64,000 bases of DNA, from NCBI GenBank assembly GCA_040218735.1, contig JAVJQW010000049.1, positions 96,001 to 160,000 on the forward strand, given 5' to 3'. A program made the translations under genes and the position numbers. Of the stretch, positions 32,058 through 44,539 are shown in pieces (within the stretch, counting starts at the first letter, position 1; each line of letters opens with the position of its first letter). The notes below the pieces were generated by a model. It had not been told where the DNA came from, did not search any database, and saw only the letters and a list, made by a program, of their open reading frames with translations. This DNA is from Deltaproteobacteria bacterium. GTDB lineage: Bacteria > Myxococcota > Kuafuiibacteriia > Kuafuiibacteriales > Kuafuiibacteriaceae.

Positions 32058-32131
32058 GCCATAACGGTCCCTCGCTTCACGAGTGACCTTGGCACAGTCC
32101 TCGGACCCGCCGCATTCGCGGCCTCGACCCG

Positions 32132-32548
32132 CTACTCGGGGCGGGGGTTCATGACGATCTCGACGGTCTGACTCGTCGAGGCGTCGATCGGGCTGTCGGC
32201 GCAGCCCGCCGCGATGCCCTCCTCGGGGAGGGTGTCGAGGGTCGGCAGCGCGTACACGCGGAACGTGAGGTCCGGGTACGAGTCGAGGTTCACCGGCGCC
32301 GCGACGACGTCGTTGCGGTTCGGGTACTCGACCTTCGCTTCGGTCTGCAGGAGCATCGTCTGCGTCGTCGTGAACAGGTCGTCGCAGCCGCTGCCGTTTG
32401 GCGGGACCTGACGCACGAAGATGTGCAGCCCGCGCGTCCGCAGCTCGATGTCGGCGTCCGCGAAGGAGACGTCGAGCTCGACCTGGCCGATGTTGCCGCA
32501 AGCGAAGGAGGAGGAGAGCAGGAACAGTCCGAGGGTTCGCTTCAACAT
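32132..32548 (-). CDS. Hypothetical lipoprotein
   Basis: MLKRTLGLFLLSSSFAC lipobox; beta-rich 138 aa. Confidence 0.65.
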   Translation of the reverse strand: MLKRTLGLFLLSSSFACGNIGQVELDVSFADADIELRTRGLHIFVRQVPPNGSGCDDLFTTTQTMLLQTEAKVEYPNRNDVVAAPVNLDSYPDLTFRVYALPTLDTLPEEGIAAGCADSPIDASTSQTVEIVMNPRPE

Positions 32549-32583
32549 GCCCGCATCCGGCGTATCCCGAAGGCCCATGAGGG

Positions 32584-34209
32584 TCAACTTCGCTTGAACA
32601 GCCGGGACAGGGCGCTGCCGCTCCCCGGGTCGTCGTCGTTGTTCTGGCGCCGCTTCAGCAGGCGATATTCGCGCTCCGCGTCCGTGTGTTTGCGGTCCGC
32701 CCGCAGGGCCTCCCTGAAGTGGTGCAGCGCCTCGGCCGGTTTGTCCTGCTCCTTGAGGATCCGCCCCAAGTAGTAGTGGATGTTCGCGTCCTTGGGGCTC
32801 GCCTTGAGCGCCTCGAGCATCAGCGGGTAGGCCTTCTTCATCGCCTCGTCCCGGTCGAACTTCGGATCGGCGAACATCGCCCACCCGAAGAAGGCCTTGT
32901 ACGCACCGTTGCTATCGTCGGCCTCCATCGCGAAGCGGAAGAACTCGCGCGCCTTCTGATACTCGCGCTTCTTCAGCATCACGACGCCCATCTGCGACTT
33001 CACCTCGGCCTCCCGGATCAGCTCGGCCTTGCGGGCGTCGCCCTTGATGCGGTCGTCGGCGAGGAGCGCGACGTACTCGGCGCGTTTTTCGTCGTTGGTG
33101 AGGGTCTGGTACGCGTCGTTGAGCGCGGCGGTGATCTCGCGCGCCTTCTCCTTCGACGCGTCCGGCACGTCCATCGGGAACGCGTCGGGGTGGTACTTCT
33201 TTGCGAGGTTGGTGAACAGGCCGCGCAGGTCCGACGGGCTCGTTTTGTCCGTCGCGCCGAGCAACTCGAAGTGGTTCTTCTCCTTCAACGCTTTGTGCAG
33301 CGCGTCCACCTCCTTCACGATCGGGTGGTTCGGGTTCACGCGCGGCTTCGACGGCGAGCGCGGCGGCCGTGACGGCGAGCGGGGCAACGGCGTCGACGCG
33401 CGCTGCATCGGCTCGGCGTTCGTGACGCCCATCTGGCCCTTGAGGAGGGTCGCCTTCGGGATCGGGATGCCCTTCTTGGCGGGGAACAGATCCAGCGCGT
33501 TGAGCAGCTCGAGCCCACGCAGGAACCCACGCACGAACCGGCGGTTCTTCAACGCGCGCTCCAGCTGGTCCGGCTTGCGCGGCTTCGTGAGGTACGCGAG
33601 CACGCGCTTTTCGTCGCGGCTCGGCTCGTAGTCGGTGGGCAGGCGCTTCTGGTTCACCTGCACCGCCTGGCCGAGCAGATCGTTCGACAGCTTCCGAAGC
33701 TCGGCGTCCGCTGCGCTCGACTCGAGGGCGCCGAAGAACGCACCCCAGGGGTCGAGCTTCACACCGAGCTCGCGGATCCGCTGGTCCTCGCCGGGCGCCG
33801 CCTGGAATTTTGTGCCCTCCAGCCCCATGAGCCTTCGCATCCGCAGCTCGGTCTGCTTCTTCACGAGGCGACGCACGTCCTCGGTCGAGACCCCCGCGTT
33901 TGCGACGAGCAGCGTCCCGAGCAGCGCCGCGCCGGGGCCGAGGCGCTCTTGCTCGGCGAGCGCCGCGTCGATCGCCGACTGCGAGCAGCGACTCTCGGCC
34001 ATCAGGAGCTGACCGAGGAACTCTTCGCGAAACCCCGCGCCGCCCGCGTGCACGGGCGCGCCGTTCTTGAAGAAGAGCGTGCACAGGCCGGTCTCGGCGT
34101 GCACGAGGACGCCGCCCGAGAAGCGCGTGCGCACCGCGGAGAAGAACAGGTCCGAGAACCAGCTGCCTTCGCCGAACGTACCCTCCGTTGCGCTGCTCAG
34201 GTCGATCAC
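32584..34209 (-). CDS. DUF4388-like / DnaJ-domain / TPR protein
   Basis: N-terminal FSGGVLV...LFFKNGAPV; J domain NHFELLG...LAKKYHPD...AYQTLT; C-terminal TPR HYYLGRILK. Confidence 0.88.
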   Translation of the reverse strand: MIDLSSATEGTFGEGSWFSDLFFSAVRTRFSGGVLVHAETGLCTLFFKNGAPVHAGGAGFREEFLGQLLMAESRCSQSAIDAALAEQERLGPGAALLGTLLVANAGVSTEDVRRLVKKQTELRMRRLMGLEGTKFQAAPGEDQRIRELGVKLDPWGAFFGALESSAADAELRKLSNDLLGQAVQVNQKRLPTDYEPSRDEKRVLAYLTKPRKPDQLERALKNRRFVRGFLRGLELLNALDLFPAKKGIPIPKATLLKGQMGVTNAEPMQRASTPLPRSPSRPPRSPSKPRVNPNHPIVKEVDALHKALKEKNHFELLGATDKTSPSDLRGLFTNLAKKYHPDAFPMDVPDASKEKAREITAALNDAYQTLTNDEKRAEYVALLADDRIKGDARKAELIREAEVKSQMGVVMLKKREYQKAREFFRFAMEADDSNGAYKAFFGWAMFADPKFDRDEAMKKAYPLMLEALKASPKDANIHYYLGRILKEQDKPAEALHHFREALRADRKHTDAEREYRLLKRRQNNDDDPGSGSALSRLFKRS

Positions 34210-34225
34210 GGTGTTGCGGTCGCTC

Positions 34226-35020
34226 CTAGTTACTCGGCTCGTTTTTGCAGATGTGGACCTGCGCGCCCGACACCGAGTCTATCCCGGCGAAGGCCGGTTC
34301 GCAGATACCCCCCGCCAGACAATCACCGCCGCCCGGTCGACAGATCGCGTAGCAGGCCTCGGCGCCCGCCGGTTCCTGGGTGCCGCGCGAGCAGATCATC
34401 GCGCGCCCGAAGCCGTCCTCGGCAGAACAGAGATCCTCCACACCGCACTGCTCGTTGCGCGCACGCGCGCCGGGGACGATGCAGGCCGTGGTGCGTGACT
34501 GCCCGATGGGGTGGCAGACCTGGCCCCCCGCACAGGGCTCGTCGAGGGTTTTGTAGATCTCGCAGATCGTGAAGCAGATGCCCGCGCCGTTGAAGAACTC
34601 ACACTGCCGGCCCGGTCCGCAGGAGCCGGGCGTCGAGTCACACACCCCCTCCGAGCACACGCCGCCGCGCGGCGTCGACCAGCAGGTGTTGCCGTCCTGC
34701 GGGCACTGCTCGCTGATCCGCAGGCTCGACTCCGGGATGCCGTAGCTCTGCACGGTGCAGCGCGGTAGGCACCGAAATCCGAGCTCGTTGACGTTCTCGC
34801 AGATCGCCGCGCCCTGACAGAGCAGGTCCCCGCCGGGCGGATCCGTGTCCGTCGCGCAGGCCTTGAAGTCGTCGACGGACGCACGCGGGATGCACGAGCC
34901 GCTGCTGGTGCGGCACACGTGGTCCTCGTCGCACGGGCACGGGAGGTCACCGACGTCGTCGAAGTCGAGCGCGAGCGAGCACGACGTCGTCGCGAAGAGC
35001 AGGGCGATCCAGCGCTTCAA
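34226..35020 (-). CDS. Cys-rich hypothetical lipoprotein
   Basis: TTG start overlapping the upstream TGA; LKRWIALLFATTSC; very dense Cys repeats. Confidence 0.75.
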   Translation of the reverse strand: MKRWIALLFATTSCSLALDFDDVGDLPCPCDEDHVCRTSSGSCIPRASVDDFKACATDTDPPGGDLLCQGAAICENVNELGFRCLPRCTVQSYGIPESSLRISEQCPQDGNTCWSTPRGGVCSEGVCDSTPGSCGPGRQCEFFNGAGICFTICEIYKTLDEPCAGGQVCHPIGQSRTTACIVPGARARNEQCGVEDLCSAEDGFGRAMICSRGTQEPAGAEACYAICRPGGGDCLAGGICEPAFAGIDSVSGAQVHICKNEPSN

Positions 35021-36630
35021 AACACACCTCCCACGGCCATCAGCGCGCCGCCGTCCACGGGCACGACGCCGACCCGCGGGCCCCCCGTCACCTCCGCCGG
35101 GCTCGGCGCGCGGTTGGCGTCGATCAATAGGATGGCGATTCCGCCCGCGGCGATCGCGCTGCCGGCGATCCAGGTGATGTCGGAGATCAGCGCGTTGGTC
35201 TTGCCGCGGCTCTGCAGGTCCTCGAGGTCCGGGCTGAGCTGCGACGTGTCGCGGAAGTCGCCGTGCACCGTGGTGGCGAGGATACCGAACACGACGCCGG
35301 TGATGATCGCCGCCGTCCCGACGCCGACCATCGTCCACCCCAGGTAGACCTCGCTCGAGGTGGGCCGCTCCGTCGCGAGCGCGTTCGGCGCTCCGTAGCC
35401 CGGCGCCTGACCGCCGCCGCCGCCGCCGCCGCTCGGGGACTGACCGCCGCCGCCGAGCCCGAACGCGCCGCCGCTCTTTTCGCCGCCGCCGCCCGACGTG
35501 GCCGTCGGGTCCGTGCCGGCCGGCGCGCCGGTGCGCACGGCGACGAGGAGGCGGTCGAGGAACGCGTCGAGGTCGGCGTCGAACGTCGAGCCCTCCACGG
35601 CGAGCACGGTGCGCTCCGTCGCGATGCGGGTCCCGGTCGCGCCGTCGAAGACACCGCCGGTGAAGGTGGCGTCGCGCCCCGACTGGGTGACGGTGACGAA
35701 GAGGAGGACGTCCGCGACCAGAGTGCGGGTGATCTGGCGGAGCGCGCCGCCCATGCCCTCGTTACGGACTTCCTCGGCCGCGCGCGCCGCGAGGTCGCGC
35801 AGCTCGGGGCCGCGCTTGATGCTGCGCAGGCGCGTCTGGCTCGTGATGCGCTGGTTCGGCGAGACGTCGAGCGGCGCGCCGTGCACCGTGTACCCGAGCT
35901 TCTCGATCCGCAGGTAGTGCGTGCCCGCGAGGAGACCGTCGAGCTCGAAGGGGGTCGTGCCCTCGAAGCGCCCGTCGATGAAGACGGCGGCGTAGGGGGG
36001 CGTCGAGTAGATCTCCACCGTGCCGGTCGGGTTGCCGTCGACCCGCGCGAGCGCGCGCTCGAAGACCTGCGACACCGTGGGCGGGAAGCCGTCCATCGCA
36101 AACGTCGGGTTCACGGTGAGCAGCTCGACGAACGTGCTCTCGCCTTCGTCCGCCGACCCGCGCAGGACGAGCGCCGCACCGAGGTAGAGCAGGGCGTTCT
36201 GGAGCTCTTCGAGGTCGCCGAGGAGCGGGCCGGTCTGCTGGTACAGGCTCACCGCCTGACCGAGGCGCGCGATGGCGTCGTCGAGCTTGAGCGCGTCGTA
36301 CGCGCGGCGACCGTCGGCGAGGGCGGCGCGGGCGCGTTCGAGGGTCTCCTCCTCCCGGGTGCGCGGGTCACCGGAGAGGACGCGCCCCGGATCGATCAGC
36401 CGCAGGTCGCGCTCGGCGGCGACGCGGGTGCGCAGCCGGGCGTTGGCGACGGCGGCCGCCTTCTGCCCCGACGGATCGCGCGCCACGGCGAACACCGCGG
36501 TGGCGCGGAGCTCACCGGAAGCCTCGGCGATCTCGGGGGTGAGGAGCGCCAGCAGCGCGAGCGCTGCGGCGGATCGTGGGGCGCGAAGGTGCGCGTCGTG
36601 CCCGTGGGGCCATCCTGGCGTGTGTTCCAT
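35017..36630 (-). CDS. Exported TPR/PEGA domain protein with C-terminal hydrophobic helices
   Basis: Signal ending AEA; PEGA STPPYAAVFIDGRFEGTTP...GTHYLRIEKLGY; Gly-rich linker; two hydrophobic helices; ends VGGVF. Confidence 0.85.
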   Translation of the reverse strand: MEHTPGWPHGHDAHLRAPRSAAALALLALLTPEIAEASGELRATAVFAVARDPSGQKAAAVANARLRTRVAAERDLRLIDPGRVLSGDPRTREEETLERARAALADGRRAYDALKLDDAIARLGQAVSLYQQTGPLLGDLEELQNALLYLGAALVLRGSADEGESTFVELLTVNPTFAMDGFPPTVSQVFERALARVDGNPTGTVEIYSTPPYAAVFIDGRFEGTTPFELDGLLAGTHYLRIEKLGYTVHGAPLDVSPNQRITSQTRLRSIKRGPELRDLAARAAEEVRNEGMGGALRQITRTLVADVLLFVTVTQSGRDATFTGGVFDGATGTRIATERTVLAVEGSTFDADLDAFLDRLLVAVRTGAPAGTDPTATSGGGGEKSGGAFGLGGGGQSPSGGGGGGGQAPGYGAPNALATERPTSSEVYLGWTMVGVGTAAIITGVVFGILATTVHGDFRDTSQLSPDLEDLQSRGKTNALISDITWIAGSAIAAGGIAILLIDANRAPSPAEVTGGPRVGVVPVDGGALMAVGGVF

Positions 36631-36691
36631 TGCGATTCAGCGGACTTGTCGAATCTACCACCCACACCCCCACACCGGCTACCATGGGGCG

Positions 36692-37474
36692 GTGCGCGTC
36701 CGCGTCGCGTGGCTGGCCTTCGGCCTGTTCCTCACCTCGAGCGCCGAAGCGCGCCCGCTCACGATGCGGGCCGCGGATCGTGCGATCGATCTCGCGTTCC
36801 ACGCGGAGATCGCGGGCGACGTCGCGGGCGGTCGGGCCGAGCTCGAACGTCTGGTGGCGAGCGCCACGGAGCCGGAGGACACCGCCGCGCGCCAGCGCAT
36901 CACGTCCTGGATCGAGCGATCGAAGGTCCGCCAGGCAGCGTTCGCCGAACACGGGAAGACCGCGCCAGGTTACGCCGCGGCGTTCGAGACGTTGGACGGC
37001 TTCGGCGCCGAGCGCGCGGAGCTGCTGTGGAGCCGCGCGGTGCGCGACGTCGCGGGGCTGAAGGGTGCGCGGCTCGCGCTCACGCTCGTCACGGATCGGC
37101 TCGCGGGCCTGAAGACCGAGAAAGATCTCGCGGCGCGCCTCGCGAAGCTCGTCGAGCGTCACGGCGTCCACGTCGAAGAGGACCAACCGATCGTCGCGCG
37201 CCTCGACTTCGACGCGACGGAGACGAAGAAGGTCGGCCGCCGGACGCGTGTGGTGTGCAAGAGCTCGTTCGTGATCCGCGACAAACGACTCGGGACGTCC
37301 CTCGTCGGCTCCAGCTCGCAGCGCCGCACCGAGACCCGCCGCAAGGTGGCGGACGCCCGGCGCTTCGCCGTCCGGCGCGCGCTCGACGACGCTGCGGAAG
37401 ACCTCGTCTTCTACGTGCGGCTCGCTGCGCTCCAGCGCAAAGCGACGGTACCCATCGGTCCCACCGAACTTTGA
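36692..37474 (+). CDS. Hypothetical exported protein
   Basis: GTG 36692, VRVRVAWLAFGLFLTSSAEA signal peptide; directly upstream of a kinase. Confidence 0.65.
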   Translation: MRVRVAWLAFGLFLTSSAEARPLTMRAADRAIDLAFHAEIAGDVAGGRAELERLVASATEPEDTAARQRITSWIERSKVRQAAFAEHGKTAPGYAAAFETLDGFGAERAELLWSRAVRDVAGLKGARLALTLVTDRLAGLKTEKDLAARLAKLVERHGVHVEEDQPIVARLDFDATETKKVGRRTRVVCKSSFVIRDKRLGTSLVGSSSQRRTETRRKVADARRFAVRRALDDAAEDLVFYVRLAALQRKATVPIGPTEL

Positions 37475-37507
37475 CACCGGGTCCATAGTGCGGTCCAAAG
37501 TAAGGGC

Positions 37508-39589
<2,082 letters not shown>

Positions 39590-39662
39590 AGCCGAGCCAC
39601 CGTTCAGGTTGTCCAAGAACGTTTCAGGGAAGCGTTACGACGCCCGGTTCGATAACCGTAAC

Positions 39663-40247
39663 GTGAAGGCCTGGTTTCGCATCGGTGCCGCGCTCTCGAT
39701 CCTCGTCGCGTTACTCTCGACGGCGTCGTCGAAGGCCGAGGACGCCTCACGCCTCTCGTTCGTCGCATCGGTCGCGAAGCTGCGCGTCGAGATGGACGTC
39801 CCGTCGGGGTACATCGCGTCGCAGTCCAGAACCCGCGACCCTGGGACGCGACTCCCGGTGCAAGCCGACGCCTGCACGCTTCGGCCCAACAACTGTACGG
39901 TCCATCTCCGCCCGGCCGAGCTCCCGCGCGGGTGGCGGATCTCTGCGTTCGTGCAGGTTCGGAAGCGGACGAGCGCACGCTCGCAGGCACATCGTGGCGT
40001 CGAGCAGACCTGTGACGAGGGCGAGACGAGCTGCTGGACGACCCGCGTACGCGATGGCGTGGTGCTGAGCACTCCGGTGTGGAAGAAGCTGAGCTTCGTA
40101 CGCCGCGTCGTTGCACCCACGCCGGGGTACATCGTGCACGCGGAACTCAACGCTGAGGGGATGCCGCTGAACGGTCCCGAGACGGAGGAGCTCCGCAAGC
40201 GCTTCGAGGCTGCGTTCGCCTCGATCCACGTCGTTCCGGCGCCCTAG
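39663..40247 (+). CDS. Hypothetical exported protein
   Basis: GTG 39663, VKAWFRIGAALSILVALLSTASSKA signal-like; fills the gap between kinase and phosphatase. Confidence 0.55.
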   Translation: MKAWFRIGAALSILVALLSTASSKAEDASRLSFVASVAKLRVEMDVPSGYIASQSRTRDPGTRLPVQADACTLRPNNCTVHLRPAELPRGWRISAFVQVRKRTSARSQAHRGVEQTCDEGETSCWTTRVRDGVVLSTPVWKKLSFVRRVVAPTPGYIVHAELNAEGMPLNGPETEELRKRFEAAFASIHVVPAP

Positions 40248-41008
40248 TCTCCCATGAACTGAACCAACGCCACGGTGATGTTGTCGGTCCCGCCGGCTTC
40301 GTTCGCCGCGTTGATCATCTGCTCGCACGCCGTCTCCAGATCCGGCGCGGACAAACAGATCTCCCGGATCGTGTCGTCGGTGATCATCCCGGACAGGCCG
40401 TCCGAGCAGAGGAGGTAGTGGTCGCCTTCCTTCGGGTCGAGGCGGTTCACGTCGACCTGCACGGTGTCCTTCATCCCGAGCGCGCGGACGATGACGTTTT
40501 TGTGCGGGAAGTTCTCGATCTCCTCGGGCGTGAGTTTGTTCGCCTTGATGTAGTCGTTGAGGAGCGAGTGGTCGTCGGTGATCTGCTCGATCTTCCCGTC
40601 GCGGATTCGGTACCCGCGCGAGTCGCCGACGTGGCCGAGGTAGGCGCCGCCCTGCGTGAAGAACGCGGTGACGATCGTCGTGCCCATCCCCTTGAAGCGC
40701 GCCTCGCGCGCCGCGGCCTCGTAGATGCGCTGGTTCGAGAACTTGATGGCCGCGACGAGGCGGTTCTCGTCATAGCGGAGGTTCTTCTCCTCCTTGAACG
40801 GCCACGTCACGTCTTCGTCACGCGTCGTCATGCGGAAGAAGCTCATGATGGTCTCGACGGCCATCTGGCTCGCGACCTCCCCCGACGCGTGCCCACCCAT
40901 CCCGTCTGCCACGATGTACAGACTCTCCTCGGGGAGCAGCGCGAGGTGATCCTCGTTGTGCGTTCGCTTCATCCCCACGTGTGTGAGGCCAGCGTATCTG
41001 AGCTTCAT
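40244..41008 (-). CDS. pph1: PP2C/PPM (Stp1/IreP-type) Ser/Thr phosphatase, Pph1-like
   Basis: THVGMKRTHNED, VADGMGGH, TWPFK..YDENRL, GMGTT, HVGDSR, LLCSDGL, GGTDNITV; resembles myxobacterial Pph1 as recalled. Confidence 0.9.
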   Translation of the reverse strand: MKLRYAGLTHVGMKRTHNEDHLALLPEESLYIVADGMGGHASGEVASQMAVETIMSFFRMTTRDEDVTWPFKEEKNLRYDENRLVAAIKFSNQRIYEAAAREARFKGMGTTIVTAFFTQGGAYLGHVGDSRGYRIRDGKIEQITDDHSLLNDYIKANKLTPEEIENFPHKNVIVRALGMKDTVQVDVNRLDPKEGDHYLLCSDGLSGMITDDTIREICLSAPDLETACEQMINAANEAGGTDNITVALVQFMGD

Positions 41009-41057
41009 GGCACCCAAGACTGGACCGCGCAGATGGTTTCTTTGCCCGGACCCGTAG

Positions 41058-42005
41058 TCAAGTCGCGGCCAGCGGGACACACCAACGGGACCCCTGAGAA
41101 CGCCCGCGTTCGGGGGTTGTGCTTCCGAGGATCGTCCGATCGACGAGCACCACGTCCTCGAACGTCTCCCCGCGCCGCACGGTCACGTTCTCGCCCAGCA
41201 CACACCCCTCGACCCGCGCGCCGGCCTCCACGCGGGCCCCGGACCACAACACCGAGCGCGACACCCGATCCGACTCGACCGACGCCCCCGGCGAGCAAAC
41301 CACGTCCGGCCCCAGGCCCTCGGCGTGCGCCTGCACGTGCAGGCCGTGGTAGCGCTCGAGCGTCGAAAACTCCCACCAGCGCCCCTCGTCGAGCCGGCAG
41401 GCGTGCACCCGACCGGCCTCCAGGAAGGGCGGGTACACGTCGCGGATCGTGTCCGAGAACTTGGGCTCCGTCGCCGCGAGGACCTCGGGGCTCACCACGT
41501 GCAGCCCCGTGAAGAGCAGGGGGCTCGGCCCTTCGGGGACACGCCCCTCGCCGTAACCCGTCACCACTCCATCACGCACGCGCACCTCCCGGAAGTGCTC
41601 CCGCTTCGGGTTCGCGCGCAGGCCCAGCGTCACGGCGGCACCGGTCGACACGTGGTGTTCGAGCAGCCGCCCGATCTCCACCTGCGTGAACAGCTTCCCG
41701 TTGGCGATCAGCGTCGGGACGTCACGCGACAGCAGCCCCGCGTCCCGCGCGTGGGCGAGCGCCCCCGCCGTGCCGAGGATCTCCACCTCGTGCGAGAACG
41801 CCACGTCGTGCCCCTCGAGCGCGGCCCGCACCGACTCCGGACGGTGGTGGGTGTTCACGACGATCCGATCCACGTGCGGTCGAAGCCAGTCGACCAGCCC
41901 CGCCACCAAAGGCCGCCCGAGGAACGGCACCGCCGGCTTCGCGCGGTCGGCGGTCAGCGGCCACAGGCGAGTACCGAGCCCCGCCGCCAGGACGATCGCC
42001 TGCAC
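41058..42005 (-). CDS. NDP-sugar pyrophosphorylase / nucleotidyltransferase with short left-handed beta-helix tail
   Basis: AIVLAAGLGTRLWPLT...KPAVP; EILGTAGAL; hexapeptide-like C-terminus. Confidence 0.9.
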   Translation of the reverse strand: MQAIVLAAGLGTRLWPLTADRAKPAVPFLGRPLVAGLVDWLRPHVDRIVVNTHHRPESVRAALEGHDVAFSHEVEILGTAGALAHARDAGLLSRDVPTLIANGKLFTQVEIGRLLEHHVSTGAAVTLGLRANPKREHFREVRVRDGVVTGYGEGRVPEGPSPLLFTGLHVVSPEVLAATEPKFSDTIRDVYPPFLEAGRVHACRLDEGRWWEFSTLERYHGLHVQAHAEGLGPDVVCSPGASVESDRVSRSVLWSGARVEAGARVEGCVLGENVTVRRGETFEDVVLVDRTILGSTTPERGRSQGSRWCVPLAAT

Positions 42006-42006
42006 G

Positions 42007-44430
42007 TCACTCCCCAGCCCGCAGGAGGACGCGCTCGCGGAACGCCTCCATCCGGCCCTCGGCGTCCAGCAGGGCGTCCGCGTTCGTCGCCTGCTTCTCC
42101 GACAGCACGTCCACGCGGCGCTGCGCCTCCGCGAGGTCGCCGACGAACACCGTGTTCGACTCCTCGACCTTCACGAGCTGTCGCCGCGCCCGCTCCAGCG
42201 CGCGATCGATCTGTCGGGTCTGGCGCTTCAGACGCGCGATCTGAGCGTCGAGCTTCTTCGCCTCCGCGCGCTCCTCCTTGGACAGCTTCATCCTGAGGAT
42301 CGGCAGCGGGGTCAGCTCGGCGACGATCGGCTCCGCGCCGAGCCGGTCCGCACGGAAGCGTTTCCGCCACCGCTTGAACCCGTGTTTGTTCATCGTGAGC
42401 GTGAAGCGCCCCGCTTTGGGGAGCAGCACGTCGTACGCGGGGGTCTCGCCGATGGCCTCGCCGTCGAGCTCCAGCGTCGCCCCCGGCGGCTCCGAGCTCA
42501 CGTCGAGGCGCTGCGCGGGCGGGAGCGTCACATCCACGACGGACGCCGTCTCGGTCGTCGAGGCGATCACCACCCGCGTCGGGAGGTGCTCGTCGAGCTC
42601 CAGGGTGATCGTCGCGGTCTCGCCGAGCGCGATCGGCGCGAGCGATACCGGCGTCGGCTCCGCGAGCCGTGTGCCGTTCACCGCGACCACCGCGTCCGGC
42701 GGCGACGACCGCACCTCGAAGACACGCCCCGGAGCGAGGTCGAAGACGGCCTTGGTGTGTTTCGTCCCGGCCGGGATGCGGACCTCGGCGAACTTGGGGC
42801 GAACGGCGTGGTTCGTCTTCTCCACCCGCACCCGCAGCGGGCGGTCGAGCGGCAGCCGCTCCACCGTGTACGGGGTGGGCTTCGGCATCTTGCGCTCGTC
42901 GATGTAGATCGTGGCGCCTGCCGGCTCGGACGTCACCAGGATCGATCCGTACACGACCTGCGCTGCCGGCTTCGGGGCCGACTCACCCCCGACCGTCGCG
43001 ATCACGCCGACCGCGACCAACACCACCAGGAAGGCCCCGACGCCGAGCCAGACCACGGTGGGGATCGGCTTTCGAGGTTTGGGCGGCGACACCGGCCGCC
43101 CCGGGAGCACGGGCTTCGCGCCGCTCTTCGGGGGCGACTCGGCCTCCGCGTCCGGGTCGAACAACCGCTCGATCTGCGGCACGGAGATCGGCGGGACGGC
43201 GCGCTTCTGCGCGTCCTCGGACGTCTGCGCGCCGAAGTACTGCATCGACTCCATCGTCGCGGAGTTCGGGACCAGCGCGATGTCCTCCTCGGCCGCTTCG
43301 GGCGGCGCCGACGGCCCGCCGGGGATCTTCAGCGACGGGACGTCCGAGCTGGGGAGCCGCAGCGCCGGCGCCGAGCGCCCCGAGTCGAGGAACTCACTGG
43401 GCCAGCCCTCTTGGTAGACGATGGCCGTCCCCGTCGCCGCCTCCTGCTGAATCCACGTCTTGTCGAAGGACTCGTCGCCGGTCGGCGGCGGTGGCGCATC
43501 GATCGTCTGCTGCCCGACGAACGCGTTGAAGACCTTGCGGAGGAACTCGTCGATCGGCTGTTCGGGCGGGAGCTGACGGCGAATCGTGGTGAGCTGCGCG
43601 AGGGTCTCCGCGGCCGATCCGGGCCGTGCGTCCGGCTCGAGCGCCACGAGCCGCTGCGCGAGCGCCGAGATCTCGGGCGGAGCGTCCTTTCGGTAGCCGC
43701 ACAGCTTGGCGACGCGGGGCTGGATCGCGAGCACGCCGCGGACGTCGCCGCCCTCCGAGAGGACGCGCCGGGCCGAGACCAGCTCGGCGAGCATCACGCC
43801 GACGGAGAAGAGGTCGGCGCGCGGATCGATCGCGCCCCCCATCGCCTGCTCCGGCGCCATGTATCCCGGCTTGCCCTTGGCGGTGTGGGCGACCGTGACC
43901 TGCAGGCGCGCCTCGTGCCGCGCGATGCCGAAGTCCGACAGCTTCACGGCGCCCGCGCGGGAAAGCAGGACGTTCTGCGGAGAGACGTCCCGGTGCACGA
44001 CGTTCATCGGGCGCCCCTCGAGGTCGGTCAGCCCGTGCGCGTAGTCGAGCGCCTTCACCAGACAGATGCACAGGTCGACGGCGGCGCCGAGCGAGAACCA
44101 ACGCCGCTTCTCCGCGAGGACCCGACAGAGCTTGGCGAGGCTCACACCGTCGACCAGCTCCATCGCCATGTACGGGGTGCCGTCGACCTCGCCGTAGTCG
44201 AACGTCTGGACCACGTTCGGGTGGTTCAGGAGCGCGCTGACGCGGGCCTCCTCCAGGAACATCCGCCGCAGGTTGGGGTCGCGGCTGAGCTCGGGCGCGA
44301 TGCGCTTGAGCACACACGGCTTCACGACCCCGTCGGGTCCGAGCTGCCGGGCGAGGTGTACGTGGGCCATGCCGCCCTCGCCGGCGAGGGTCAGGAGCTG
44401 ATAACGCCCGAAGATTTCCGGTTCGGTCAT
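42007..44430 (-). CDS. Transmembrane Ser/Thr kinase with three PEGA-like domains and a C-terminal coiled coil
   Basis: ATG 44430, MTEPEIFGRY; GEGGMAHV, HRDVSPQN, DFGIA, GKPGYMAPE; TM; repeated S(E/S)PxG/DA PEGA starts. Confidence 0.93.
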   Translation of the reverse strand: MTEPEIFGRYQLLTLAGEGGMAHVHLARQLGPDGVVKPCVLKRIAPELSRDPNLRRMFLEEARVSALLNHPNVVQTFDYGEVDGTPYMAMELVDGVSLAKLCRVLAEKRRWFSLGAAVDLCICLVKALDYAHGLTDLEGRPMNVVHRDVSPQNVLLSRAGAVKLSDFGIARHEARLQVTVAHTAKGKPGYMAPEQAMGGAIDPRADLFSVGVMLAELVSARRVLSEGGDVRGVLAIQPRVAKLCGYRKDAPPEISALAQRLVALEPDARPGSAAETLAQLTTIRRQLPPEQPIDEFLRKVFNAFVGQQTIDAPPPPTGDESFDKTWIQQEAATGTAIVYQEGWPSEFLDSGRSAPALRLPSSDVPSLKIPGGPSAPPEAAEEDIALVPNSATMESMQYFGAQTSEDAQKRAVPPISVPQIERLFDPDAEAESPPKSGAKPVLPGRPVSPPKPRKPIPTVVWLGVGAFLVVLVAVGVIATVGGESAPKPAAQVVYGSILVTSEPAGATIYIDERKMPKPTPYTVERLPLDRPLRVRVEKTNHAVRPKFAEVRIPAGTKHTKAVFDLAPGRVFEVRSSPPDAVVAVNGTRLAEPTPVSLAPIALGETATITLELDEHLPTRVVIASTTETASVVDVTLPPAQRLDVSSEPPGATLELDGEAIGETPAYDVLLPKAGRFTLTMNKHGFKRWRKRFRADRLGAEPIVAELTPLPILRMKLSKEERAEAKKLDAQIARLKRQTRQIDRALERARRQLVKVEESNTVFVGDLAEAQRRVDVLSEKQATNADALLDAEGRMEAFRERVLLRAGE

Positions 44431-44539
44431 GAAGGAATCGTGGGAACGTCCGATGGGACGGTAACGCGGAAGTGCACGCGGAAAAAGTCCAGGCTTGGCC
44501 CGGATACCCGGCATCGGCGTAGACTCCCCGAGGATCTCG